From: a bacterium
GTDB lineage: Bacteria; Patescibacteriota; Minisyncoccia; UBA6257; 2-01-FULL-56-20
NCBI GenBank assembly: GCA_021827685.1
Contig: JAKAUM010000003.1
Coordinates: forward strand, 1 to 56,223
Direction: 5' to 3'
DNA: 56,223 nucleotides
In this document: piece by piece, positions 17,440 through 26,195 of the stretch
How the letters are laid out: every line of letters begins with the position of its first letter
Numbering within the stretch: position 1 is the first letter of the stretch
Translations under genes and position numbers: made by a program
The notes under the pieces: model-generated
What the model was told of the DNA's origin: nothing
Database searches by the model: none
The model's input: only the letters and a program-made list of their open reading frames with translations

Positions 17440-18702
17440 ATGATTCTGTCCAATCTCCAGGAAAACGACCGCGAGGTCTATGAAATCATAAAGCGCGAAG
17501 AAAAGCGCCAGGAGGAAGGCATCGAGCTCATCGCAAGCGAAAACTATGTCTCGCGCGCCGTCCTTGAAGCCATGGGGTCGGTCCTTACAAATAAATACAG
17601 CGAGGGGTATCCGGGCAAGCGGTATTACGGCGGGAACGGGGTTATTGACGACGCGGAAAATCTTGCGATCTCGCGCGCAAAAGAGCTTTTCGGCGCGGAG
17701 CACGTGAACGTACAGCCCCTTTCGGGATCGCCCGCCAACCTTGCAGTATACATGGCGCTCCTGAATCCCGGCGACAAGGTGCTCGGATTTTCCCTCGACC
17801 AAGGAGGCCACCTTTCCCACGGCCATCCTTTGAACTTTTCGGGAAAGCTCTATTCGATCATCCCGTATTTCACGAAGCGGGATACCGAGACGATCGATAT
17901 GGACGAGGTGGAGGCGATCGCGCTCCGCGAACGGCCGAAGATGATTCTTGCGGGATTCTCGGCGTATTCGCGTTCGCTCGACTGGAAGCGCTTCCGCGCG
18001 ATCGCCGACAAGGCGGGCGCGTTCCTCTTCGCCGACATCGCCCACATTGCGGGCCTTATCGCCGGGAAACAGCTCGAGAACCCATTGCCCTTTTGCGACG
18101 TCGTTTCAACGACGACCCATAAGACGCTCCGCGGTCCCCGCGGCGCCATTATTATGTGCAAGGAAAAATTCGCCGCGGCAATCGACCGCGCGGTGTTCCC
18201 CGGCGTGCAGGGCGGCCCGCACGATCATGCGAACGCGGCGAAGGCGGTGGCGTTCGGAGAGGCGTTGAAGCCGGAATTCGCGGAATATTCTAGGCGGACC
18301 ATCGCGAACGCGCGCGCGCTCGCGGCGGCGCTCGCGGCGAAGGGGTATCGGGTCGTCTCGGGAGGAACCGACAACCACCTTATGCTCGTCGATGTGTTCG
18401 GCAGCAAGGGGATCACGGGCAAGGAGGCGGAGGCGGCGCTTGAGCGCGCAGGGATTTCCGTAAATAAAAATATGATCCCGTTCGATTCCAGGAAGCCGCT
18501 TGATCCGTCGGGAATCCGGCTTGGGACGCCCGCGCTGACTACGCGCGGATGCGGAGAAACCGACATGGGCGCCGTCGCGGACATTATCGATGAAGCGCTC
18601 CAAAACCGCGCGGATGAAGCGCGTCTCGCCGCCACCGCGGAGAAGGTGAGGGAATTCGCCCTCCGGTTTCCGGTACCCGGAATCGATGAGCATGGTGATT
18701 GA
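17440..18702 (+). CDS. glyA: Serine hydroxymethyltransferase
   Basis: LIASENY, EGYPGKRYYGG, PLP lysine in TTTHKTLRGPRG, SGIRLGTPA. Confidence 0.98.
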   Translation: MILSNLQENDREVYEIIKREEKRQEEGIELIASENYVSRAVLEAMGSVLTNKYSEGYPGKRYYGGNGVIDDAENLAISRAKELFGAEHVNVQPLSGSPANLAVYMALLNPGDKVLGFSLDQGGHLSHGHPLNFSGKLYSIIPYFTKRDTETIDMDEVEAIALRERPKMILAGFSAYSRSLDWKRFRAIADKAGAFLFADIAHIAGLIAGKQLENPLPFCDVVSTTTHKTLRGPRGAIIMCKEKFAAAIDRAVFPGVQGGPHDHANAAKAVAFGEALKPEFAEYSRRTIANARALAAALAAKGYRVVSGGTDNHLMLVDVFGSKGITGKEAEAALERAGISVNKNMIPFDSRKPLDPSGIRLGTPALTTRGCGETDMGAVADIIDEALQNRADEARLAATAEKVREFALRFPVPGIDEHGD

Positions 18703-19522
18703 CGGGAAAACGATTGCGGAAGGGATAAAGGAACGCCTCCGCCGCCTGCCGAAGCCGGAGAGATTCCTCGGCGCCGCGCTCGTGGGCGGCGATCCTGCGT
18801 CGCTTAACTTCTTGAAACAGAAAGAGCGGGTGGCGCGGGAGCTCGGCATCGAATTCCGCCTTTACGAATTGCCGCCCGCAATCTCGACGGATGGATTGCG
18901 CGCGGAGATCGGACGGCTGGCGCGGCCGAAAAACTGCGGCGGGTTCATCGTCCAACTCCCCCTGCCTCCGGAAATAAACCGGCATTACGCGCTGAACGCC
19001 ATCCCTAAAGAGAAGGATGTGGATTTTCTAAGCGAGCCGGCGCTCGGCGCGTTCTATACCGGCCGCAGTCCGGCCGTCCCGCCGTCCGCCGCGGCCGTAG
19101 AGGAGATTCTAAAACTCGAAGAGCGCGACTTGCGGGATCTTACAGTGGTCATGGCGGGTGCGGGATTCCTCGTCGGGAGGCCCGTCGGGTTTTGGCTCCA
19201 AAATCGCGTGGGAGAGCTCGTGGTTCTTGACCGCAGCGTGAATGATTTTCATAAGCGGCTCGCGGGCGCGGACATCGTGGTGAGCGGAACGGGCCATCCG
19301 AAGCTTTTCGGCGCGGAACACCTGAAAGAGGGCGCCCTGGTTATCGATTTCGGTTTCAGCCGCGGGGCGGGCGGAGAGATTTCCGGCGACTTCGATCCTG
19401 CGGGCGCCGAGGCCAAGGGCATCCGCTACACGCCGACGCCGGGAGGCACCGGTCCGATACTCGTCGCAAAACTGTACGAAAATTTTTACGTCCTGAACGG
19501 CGCTATGCCCGCGGAGTCTTAA
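18686..19522 (+). CDS. folD: Bifunctional methylene-THF dehydrogenase/cyclohydrolase
   Basis: IDGK, VQLPLP, EKDVD, VGRP, TPTPGGTGP. Confidence 0.92.
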   Translation: MSMVIDGKTIAEGIKERLRRLPKPERFLGAALVGGDPASLNFLKQKERVARELGIEFRLYELPPAISTDGLRAEIGRLARPKNCGGFIVQLPLPPEINRHYALNAIPKEKDVDFLSEPALGAFYTGRSPAVPPSAAAVEEILKLEERDLRDLTVVMAGAGFLVGRPVGFWLQNRVGELVVLDRSVNDFHKRLAGADIVVSGTGHPKLFGAEHLKEGALVIDFGFSRGAGGEISGDFDPAGAEAKGIRYTPTPGGTGPILVAKLYENFYVLNGAMPAES

Positions 19523-19591
19523 GCCGGGGCGGCGGGGTGGACTGGCACTCCGCGCCGTATGCAGAGAGAAGGGATATAACAGTGTCCGCTG

Positions 19592-19663
19592 TGCGCGCTG
19601 AGGGAATCGGACCCCCGACCTGCTCGGTGTAAACGAGTCGCTCTGCCACTGAGCTAAGCGCGC
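19592..19663 (-). tRNA. tRNA-Val (TAC)
   Basis: Acceptor GCGCGCT/AGCGCGC, anticodon loop TTTACAC, A73. T-loop TCCGATT. Confidence 0.93.
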
Positions 19664-19737
19664 CGTTGTCCACATCTTAACCGTAGCGGATAGTTTTGCA
19701 AGTTCTATAATAAAAGAGCAGTTATCGGGAGGGAACC

Positions 19738-20265
19738 TTGAGTTCATCGTATTATCATCAGCGGCACCACGCAAAGGTGACCGCCATGTGGCCGCCGCGC
19801 GCGGCGGCGAATGAAGAGGAGGCGCTCCGAAAAATATTCGGAACGCCTTCGCTGAAGCGCTCGTTGCGCCTCTGCGTGCGCCTCCGGCGCATGAAGGGGC
19901 GAGCGAGAGCAATAGCCCCGCCGGCGGGGTTGGTGAGAAAGAAGGTGGCAGGAAGGAACTACCACCATCTCACGCCCCGCGCCCGCCGAGGAGCCCCGTT
20001 TTACGGGGAAACCTCGCGGAATTTACTTTTAATCAAGAGGTGGCGCCATGTCGCATGGCATAAGGCGTTTCACCTTTTGACGTTAGAGGAAATCATCAAT
20101 TTCCTCACTTGCCGGCTCCGTGGTACTCCTGCACAGCTGCCCGTGGAAGCGAGTTATCGCATCCCGAACAGTTTGCAGAATGCACGGAAACGGCGCCGTC
20201 GCCAAGGACGGCGCGGTCAGCAAGGGTGGCGTTACGAGCGCCACTGTGCCGCCAGATTATTTTAA
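19738..20265 (+). CDS. Basic hypothetical protein with HNH-like motif
   Basis: HHLTPRARRG...NLLLI...HVAWH; followed by a hairpin at about 20268-20300. Start uncertain. Confidence 0.6.
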   Translation: MSSSYYHQRHHAKVTAMWPPRAAANEEEALRKIFGTPSLKRSLRLCVRLRRMKGRARAIAPPAGLVRKKVAGRNYHHLTPRARRGAPFYGETSRNLLLIKRWRHVAWHKAFHLLTLEEIINFLTCRLRGTPAQLPVEASYRIPNSLQNARKRRRRQGRRGQQGWRYERHCAARLF

Positions 20266-20336
20266 CGGCTGGCCCCGGACATGTTCCGGGGCCGCATTTT
20301 GTTCCTGTTCAATTTTGGTGCTATAGTGGAGCCATC

Positions 20337-21041
20337 ATGCGCATCCTCGTCGTTGAAGACGACCGGGAGACGGCGTCCATTCTCAAGGCGTGCCTCGAGG
20401 CGGAATGCTACAGCGTTGACGTGGAGCACGACGGGGACAAGGGGTCGTACCGCGCGCGGACGAACCGGTACGATCTCATCCTTTTGGACAATATACTGCC
20501 GGGGAAGCACGGGCCGGAGATCTGCGCCGAACTCCGGCGGTATAAAATGGACGTGCCGGTGCTCATGCTCTCCGTACGCTCGGAAGTGGACGAGAAGGTA
20601 GGGGTTCTCGACTGCGGCGCGGACGACTATATGACCAAACCATATGCGTTCGCCGAAGTATCGGCGCGGGTTCGGACGCTTTTGCGGAGGCCTGCGCGGC
20701 GGGAATCCGAAGAGCTCCGCGCGGGAGACGTAGTCCTCAATCGTTCGTCGTTTGCCGTATCTTGCGCCGGCCGCCCGGCGCGCCTCACCCCGAAGGAGTT
20801 TTCGATACTGGAGTATTTAATGAAGCACAGGGGCCGCGCAGTGTCCCGCGCGGAACTTTTAGAACACGCGTGGGACGGCGAAGCCGATCCATTTTCAAAT
20901 ACCGTGGAAGCCCACCTCTGGAGCCTGCGGAAAAAAATCGGTGGGGCGCGGGGGCGGGATCGCGCGGCGGACGCCGCCGCGCCGGCGGGATTGATCCGCA
21001 CCATCCCCGGCCGGGGCTATATGATCTCCGATGCCGGCTGA
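20337..21041 (+). CDS. OmpR/PhoB-family response regulator
   Basis: MRILVVEDD, LLD..LPG, GADDYMTKPY, LTPKEF, IRTIPGRGY. Confidence 0.95.
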   Translation: MRILVVEDDRETASILKACLEAECYSVDVEHDGDKGSYRARTNRYDLILLDNILPGKHGPEICAELRRYKMDVPVLMLSVRSEVDEKVGVLDCGADDYMTKPYAFAEVSARVRTLLRRPARRESEELRAGDVVLNRSSFAVSCAGRPARLTPKEFSILEYLMKHRGRAVSRAELLEHAWDGEADPFSNTVEAHLWSLRKKIGGARGRDRAADAAAPAGLIRTIPGRGYMISDAG

Positions 21042-22353
21042 TACGGCAATCGGCGGACAGGACGCGCGCGAACGGCTCTTAGAATTCGTCCTTCTTGGTT
21101 CCCTGGCGGCGCTCGCCGTTATCGATTGCTCAATCCTCTACTATTCCGCCGTCGACGGCGCGGCATACGGCGGCGTTTCATTCGCGGAATTTTCCGTTCT
21201 CCCGGCATTCTTCCTTTTTCTTTTCGTACTCGCGCGGCGCGGCCATCCAAAACTCGTATCATGGCTCCTCGTCGGCGCGTATTGCGCGGCCGTGGGCTAT
21301 GCCGCGTACGCATGGAATGCCGACCTCGAAACCACCGTGCTGAGCTTGGTACTCGTTACGCTTATCGCGGGCCTTCTCCTCGGCCCGCGATTCGGCGTTC
21401 TCACGACCGCGGCCACGGCCGCCTCGGTGGTTCCGATATGGTACGCGCAGTGGCACCATATAATCCCCGAATTCCAGGAGGACGGGCCGAACGCGATAAT
21501 CGCCATAGCTGCCGGCGGGTTGTACCTTCTCATCATCCTTGCGGCATGGTCGGCGAACCGCGGGACGGAGCGGTCGCTTTCGCGTGCGCTCCAATCGGAG
21601 GCGGAACTCAAGAACCGCCTCCGCGAGAGCGAGCTCGGGAAAATCGAACAACTATACCGCTTTGCGGAATTCGGCCGCCTCTCGTCGGGGCTTTTCCACG
21701 ATCTTCTGAACATCATGAACGCGCTCTCGCTCGGGGATGCGCGGCCGGACGGCGCGGCGCGCGGCGCGACAGAACGGGAAACAGCGCGCGAGACAAAAGA
21801 AAAAATGGACCGTGCCCTCAGGCTCAATGGGCGCGTCGAAAATTTCATGCGGGCGATCAGGCGACAGCTCGCGGGCGGCGGCGCAAGCGAGGATTTCTCG
21901 ATCGCCGAGGTGGTTGAGCAGGCCATGGGGCTTCTCTCCCACAAGGCGCAGGAAGCGCACGTGCGGATTTCTTTCGCGCACGACGTCCGCGACTCCCTGC
22001 AATGGCGCGGCAATCCGTTCAGATTCCATCAAGTCATAATGAACATCGCCGCGAACGCGATTGAGGCGTGCGAATTGGCGCCCCGCGGCGGCGCCCCGCG
22101 CACGGTGGAGATTTCCGCCCGCCGCCGCGGGGCGAAATTCGCGGTAACCGTACGCGACAACGGTTCGGGCATCGCGCCCCCGCTCCGCGTAAAAATATTC
22201 AATCCGTTTTTCACGACGAAGGGCCCCGCGCGCGGCATGGGACTCGGCCTCGCTATTACGAAACGCATCGTCGAGCGCGATCTCCGCGGCACGATTTCGG
22301 TCGAGAGCGAGGAAGGGAAAGGAACGGTCTTCACCGTGGAATTTCCCCGCTGA
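21031..22353 (+). CDS. Membrane sensor histidine kinase
   Basis: Multiple TM helices, H-box FHDLLN, N-box NIAANAIEA, DNGSGI, FNPFFTTK, GMGLGL. Confidence 0.95.
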   Translation: MPADTAIGGQDARERLLEFVLLGSLAALAVIDCSILYYSAVDGAAYGGVSFAEFSVLPAFFLFLFVLARRGHPKLVSWLLVGAYCAAVGYAAYAWNADLETTVLSLVLVTLIAGLLLGPRFGVLTTAATAASVVPIWYAQWHHIIPEFQEDGPNAIIAIAAGGLYLLIILAAWSANRGTERSLSRALQSEAELKNRLRESELGKIEQLYRFAEFGRLSSGLFHDLLNIMNALSLGDARPDGAARGATERETARETKEKMDRALRLNGRVENFMRAIRRQLAGGGASEDFSIAEVVEQAMGLLSHKAQEAHVRISFAHDVRDSLQWRGNPFRFHQVIMNIAANAIEACELAPRGGAPRTVEISARRRGAKFAVTVRDNGSGIAPPLRVKIFNPFFTTKGPARGMGLGLAITKRIVERDLRGTISVESEEGKGTVFTVEFPR

Positions 22354-22474
22354 AGAAGTGCGCTTTGGATGTTGACACGGGGGCAAAAACAATTCATTCT
22401 AAGCGTGCGAATAATAGGACGGCGATTTCATAATTACGAAATAATTCTCGGACGCGCTTAATAAAGAAATCCCC

Positions 22475-23701
22475 ATGAATGATTGGGTAAATATTAGGAC
22501 GGACACTGACTTTACTGAATTAAGAGGGCAGTCTCCCCTTTTACAATGCTTATTGCGGCCCGACATCGACAAGGAACTTTTTAGACGCTTGCTCGCTCGA
22601 GGGGCGCCCGCCAATTTATCTTCGGACGAAGCGGGTCGCATTGTTGCCGAAAAACTAAATAAGATTATCGAGTGGAGGGCAATGCTCGATGATAAATTTG
22701 TAGGTCGACAGGAAGACAGAATCTTTTGTTTGCTCTGCCTGGGGCATCTAATCTCGGCTCACTATTCCGGTAAGGCGCAATCCTTAGGTGCGATTGATTG
22801 GACGTTGATACGCTTGTCCAATGCCATAGCCGACAGAAAGCCCATTATTTTTACTTTTTGCTTCGGTGGGTATAAGTGCCATACTTCCCCATCGTATCCG
22901 GAGGTAGATTGGGCGGAGTTATTCAATCTGAATTATTTTGTCTCATACCTCTATCCGATTATCAAGGGATACCCGCATGGAGTCGAGATAGAATACGAGT
23001 CAGAAGAGGCATCTATCCAATTTAATAATGTTCCGCAAGAGCAAACCGATAGATACACGGCATCGTTCGGGAAGCTGCTGGAATACTATACGAGCAAATT
23101 ATTATCTAGGTACGGGCTACGTCTCGCGCTTAGGTTAGTAACCGCAAGGGGCCTTTATCCGGAAGGCGTGGATAAGCTTTATGAGCTGATGGATCAGAAG
23201 AAACCACATTACCGAAAACTTATTGACGGACTTCACGAAGCGGATAGAGATAAATGGCTTCAACGCGCCGCGTCTAATTATATGTGGGATCACGGGATCG
23301 TTAACCATGGTGATCTGTCTAAAATAGAACGAGATAAAATCGTAAGAGAAGCGCGCATCGACAACGAAGCCTTTTTAGATGCCGATTATACCTTGAGGGC
23401 GGGTTGGTTTGAGTATGCGTACAGGGTTCCCCTGGTCGGGACTTGGGGCCGGATGCCCAGCGCGCAGCCCTCCGATGGCTGGCTACATCTGAAATCTACC
23501 GCCGCATCCCTAGTGGATTTTTGGATCGGAACCGGCTTTCTAGAGGATATGGGTAACAAAAAATACCGTGAGACTATCCTATCGGAATCACAGATTGGAC
23601 ATCTTGGCAAAGATATATCCTATCTAGACAATACGGACCAGGAATTAAAACAAGTTTCCGCGAACTTCGATAAGGTTCCAGTGTTTAAGCGGAGGAGTTA
23701 G
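22475..23701 (+). CDS. Hypothetical protein, distant PvcA/Dit1-like pattern
   Basis: 408-aa ORF, visibly lower GC than its flanks; KPIIF...GGYK...VDWAEL...YPHGVEIEYESEE. Confidence 0.7.
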   Translation: MNDWVNIRTDTDFTELRGQSPLLQCLLRPDIDKELFRRLLARGAPANLSSDEAGRIVAEKLNKIIEWRAMLDDKFVGRQEDRIFCLLCLGHLISAHYSGKAQSLGAIDWTLIRLSNAIADRKPIIFTFCFGGYKCHTSPSYPEVDWAELFNLNYFVSYLYPIIKGYPHGVEIEYESEEASIQFNNVPQEQTDRYTASFGKLLEYYTSKLLSRYGLRLALRLVTARGLYPEGVDKLYELMDQKKPHYRKLIDGLHEADRDKWLQRAASNYMWDHGIVNHGDLSKIERDKIVREARIDNEAFLDADYTLRAGWFEYAYRVPLVGTWGRMPSAQPSDGWLHLKSTAASLVDFWIGTGFLEDMGNKKYRETILSESQIGHLGKDISYLDNTDQELKQVSANFDKVPVFKRRS

Positions 23702-23843
23702 TTGCGTGAGGGATATTACTGAATATTCGTCGACACTCGCTATCGCGAAAGTCGTCGGTGTCGCTGAACCCTCGCCTCTATAATTTGACTATATTCCGCC
23801 AAACGGCAGAAGGGGAATCGGAGTCATTCGTGCAGTATTGGTG

Positions 23844-23915
23844 TACCCCCGGAGGGAATCGAACCCCCATCAAGACCTTAGAAGAGTCCTGCTTTATCCA
23901 TTAAGCTACGGGGGC
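23844..23915 (-). tRNA. tRNA-Arg (TCT)
   Basis: Acceptor GCCCCCG/CGGGGGT, anticodon loop CTTCTAA, T-loop TTCGATT. Confidence 0.93.
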
Positions 23916-24075
23916 GTCGGTGGCGGGTGGCGCGCGGCGCGAACGCGCCGCGCGCCACCCGCTCGTCCTACGCGCATTGATTCTAAAACAGGAATAAGAT
24001 ACCGTGAAGAGGCATTTCGGCAACCGTTTTCGGCGGCGGGATGGCGGGCGGGGTGCCGCCGCATTGCGCCGTGCG

Positions 24076-24146
24076 CGGGCTGTAGTGTAACGGCAGCACG
24101 AGTCCTTTGGGAGGATTTAGTCCCGGTTCAAATCCGGGCAGCCCGA
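24076..24146 (+). tRNA. tRNA-Pro (TGG)
   Basis: Acceptor CGGGCTG/CAGCCCG (C1-G72, A73), anticodon loop TTTGGGA. Confidence 0.92.
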
Positions 24147-24170
24147 CAAAACTTTTATCTCTCCGTAACG

Positions 24171-24242
24171 TGCCGCGGGAGGGAATTGAACCCCCGACAC
24201 GACGCTCTTCAGGCGTCTGCTCTACCACTGAGCTACCGCGGC
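24171..24242 (-). tRNA. tRNA-Phe (GAA)
   Basis: Acceptor GCCGCGG/CCGCGGC, anticodon arm GACGC-CTGAAGA-GCGTC. Confidence 0.95.
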
Positions 24243-25354
24243 TATCTTTTCATCTTCAGCATGATGCGCTTCTCCTCCGGCTTCACGGCATCTATCACGA
24301 AACGGTAGGTCTGGCCGGGCGCGAGCGCCGCCTTCATTTCGTCCTGCCCGCCGAATTCGGAAACATGGACCATGCCCTGAAGATCGCCCGGGAGCGCGAC
24401 GATCGCGCCGAACGGGTTCAGCTTGTACACGCGGCCTTCCACCGCTGAACCGGGAGCGATCTCGGCGGGGAGTTTCGTCCAGGGATCCTCCTTGAGCGCT
24501 TTAAGGGAGAGAAATACGCGGCCCTCCTTAATGTCCGTGATTTTCGCCGTAAGCTCGTCATTCACCTTTACGAGTTCCTTGGGATTTTCGACGAGCTTGT
24601 AGTCGAGTTCGGAGATGTGGATCATGCCCTCGATCTGCGGGTTGTCCGCAAAGCGGACGAATACGCCGAAGTCGGCGACGCCGGAGACGATGCAGGGGAC
24701 GACCTGTCCCACCGAGTAGGCGGCGAGCAGGTCTTTCATGTTCGCCGCAAGCACCTCGCGTTCGGAGACGATGATCTTGTTCGTCCGCGTGTTCACGTCG
24801 ATGATCTTCACGGAGAGCTCCTGCGCTTCGAGCTTCGCGAGCTCTTCGGCGATCTTCGTGCGGTCGCCGTCGGCCACTTTAGGATAATGCTCCGTCGAGA
24901 GCTGGGAAACCGGCAGGAAAGCGCGGAGTTCTTCGCCCGCCGGCGTGGCTACGGAAACCATGAGGCCTCCCGCGTTCGCCCCGATCACCTTCGCTTTCAC
25001 GACTTCGCCCGCTTCGGCGAGCTCTTTCGCGGCCTGCCAGAGCTTCTGCCTTCCGGCTTCGGCGATAGAAAGCTCGATATGGCCGTCCGGGCCGTCGAGG
25101 GAGACGATTTTCGCGTGCGCCCTGGCGCCCGGCTCCAGATCGCGGAGCGCCTCTTTCGCGTTCATGTATTCCACGCCGTAAACGATGCCCGTGCCGAACC
25201 GGCCCATATCGAAATACGCTTTGCGCGGGACCTTTTTCATAAGCGCGACCTCGATGACGGATCCTTCCTTCGGCCAGTCGGCCGCGGAGAGTTCCGTTTT
25301 CATCGTCTGGACGAGGCCGGTTCCCGCGCTATTTTTTTCTTCCTCCTTTTGCAT
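24242..25354 (-). CDS. rpsA: S1 RNA-binding repeat protein (short ribosomal protein S1)
   Basis: About four S1 repeats (FLPVSQL; FGVFV...GMIHISEL; FGAIV...GMVHVSE). Confidence 0.85.
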   Translation of the reverse strand: MQKEEEKNSAGTGLVQTMKTELSAADWPKEGSVIEVALMKKVPRKAYFDMGRFGTGIVYGVEYMNAKEALRDLEPGARAHAKIVSLDGPDGHIELSIAEAGRQKLWQAAKELAEAGEVVKAKVIGANAGGLMVSVATPAGEELRAFLPVSQLSTEHYPKVADGDRTKIAEELAKLEAQELSVKIIDVNTRTNKIIVSEREVLAANMKDLLAAYSVGQVVPCIVSGVADFGVFVRFADNPQIEGMIHISELDYKLVENPKELVKVNDELTAKITDIKEGRVFLSLKALKEDPWTKLPAEIAPGSAVEGRVYKLNPFGAIVALPGDLQGMVHVSEFGGQDEMKAALAPGQTYRFVIDAVKPEEKRIMLKMKR

Positions 25355-25444
25355 GTGGGCTCTATTATATACCGCGCCCGCACGGGTGTCCAGAACGGAA
25401 AATTTCGGTTGCATGTGCGCCGATTTTTTGATAAAATAGCCGAT

Positions 25445-26017
25445 ATGATCCTGAGCTATTTCGGGGGCGGTTCGTTTAGGTTGCAAAGCGGCGATACTTC
25501 GCTCTTGCTCGATCCGGAGAACAACCGCCTGAAGGCGGATCTTACTTTACGTACGCTCACGGACGCGGAAAATCCTTTCGCAGGCGCGGAGCAGGGCGCG
25601 GCGATATCTTTTCCCGGCGAATACGAAATAAAGGGGATTGAAATCACGGGATTCGCCGTACCGGACGAATCAACCGAGAAGTTCATAAAAACCGCCTATG
25701 CGGTCGGATGGGAAGAAATGAAATTCGTGTTTCTCGGCCATCTTTCCAGGCCGGTTGACGCGGCGTTGATGGAGGAATTCGGCGACCCCGACGTGCTTAT
25801 CCTCCCCGCCGGCGGAGGGCATTTTCTCGATCCCGAAGTCGCGGCGAAAATCGCGAAACAGCTCGAGGCGCGCATCGTCGTGCCGAGTTTCTGCAAGGAC
25901 CCGGACGAGTTTCTCAAAGCGCTCGGCCAGAAAGCCGAAAAGGCGGAGAAGTTCGTTTTTAGGGAGAAGGACATCGCGGGCGAGAAAGGGCGGCCGGTCG
26001 TCTTGAGCGCCGCATAG
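25445..26017 (+). CDS. Metallo-beta-lactamase-fold protein (Lactamase_B_3-like), degenerate
   Basis: SYFGGGSFRL, LLDP, FPGEYEIKG, DVLILPAGGG; the HxHxDH motif is absent. Confidence 0.75.
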   Translation: MILSYFGGGSFRLQSGDTSLLLDPENNRLKADLTLRTLTDAENPFAGAEQGAAISFPGEYEIKGIEITGFAVPDESTEKFIKTAYAVGWEEMKFVFLGHLSRPVDAALMEEFGDPDVLILPAGGGHFLDPEVAAKIAKQLEARIVVPSFCKDPDEFLKALGQKAEKAEKFVFREKDIAGEKGRPVVLSAA

Positions 26018-26020
26018 CGC

Positions 26021-26173
26021 ATGGAAGAGGCGCGTACGGGAAAGGCGCATGACGGGCTGCTCGATCGCGCGCGGGCGCTCCCCGGCGGGACGAAGAAGAA
26101 AATCGTCGCCTGGGCGACCGCGGCCGTGATGGCAGTAGTCCTCTATATATGGATCTCCTATTTTATCCGTTAA
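26021..26173 (+). CDS. Small single-TM protein (50 aa, not in the ORF track)
   Basis: MEEARTGKAHDGLLDRARALPAGTKKKIVAWATAAVMAVVLYIWISYFIR; starts 3 nt after the upstream stop. Confidence 0.6.
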   Translation: MEEARTGKAHDGLLDRARALPGGTKKKIVAWATAAVMAVVLYIWISYFIR

Positions 26174-26195
26174 ATCACGCAATATAACTTTCGCC

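Noticed and set aside
24076-24146. tRNA-Gln (TTG) reading of this tRNA
   Set aside because: The 7-nt loop TTTGGGA centres on TGG, and C1-G72 with A73 are Pro identity elements.
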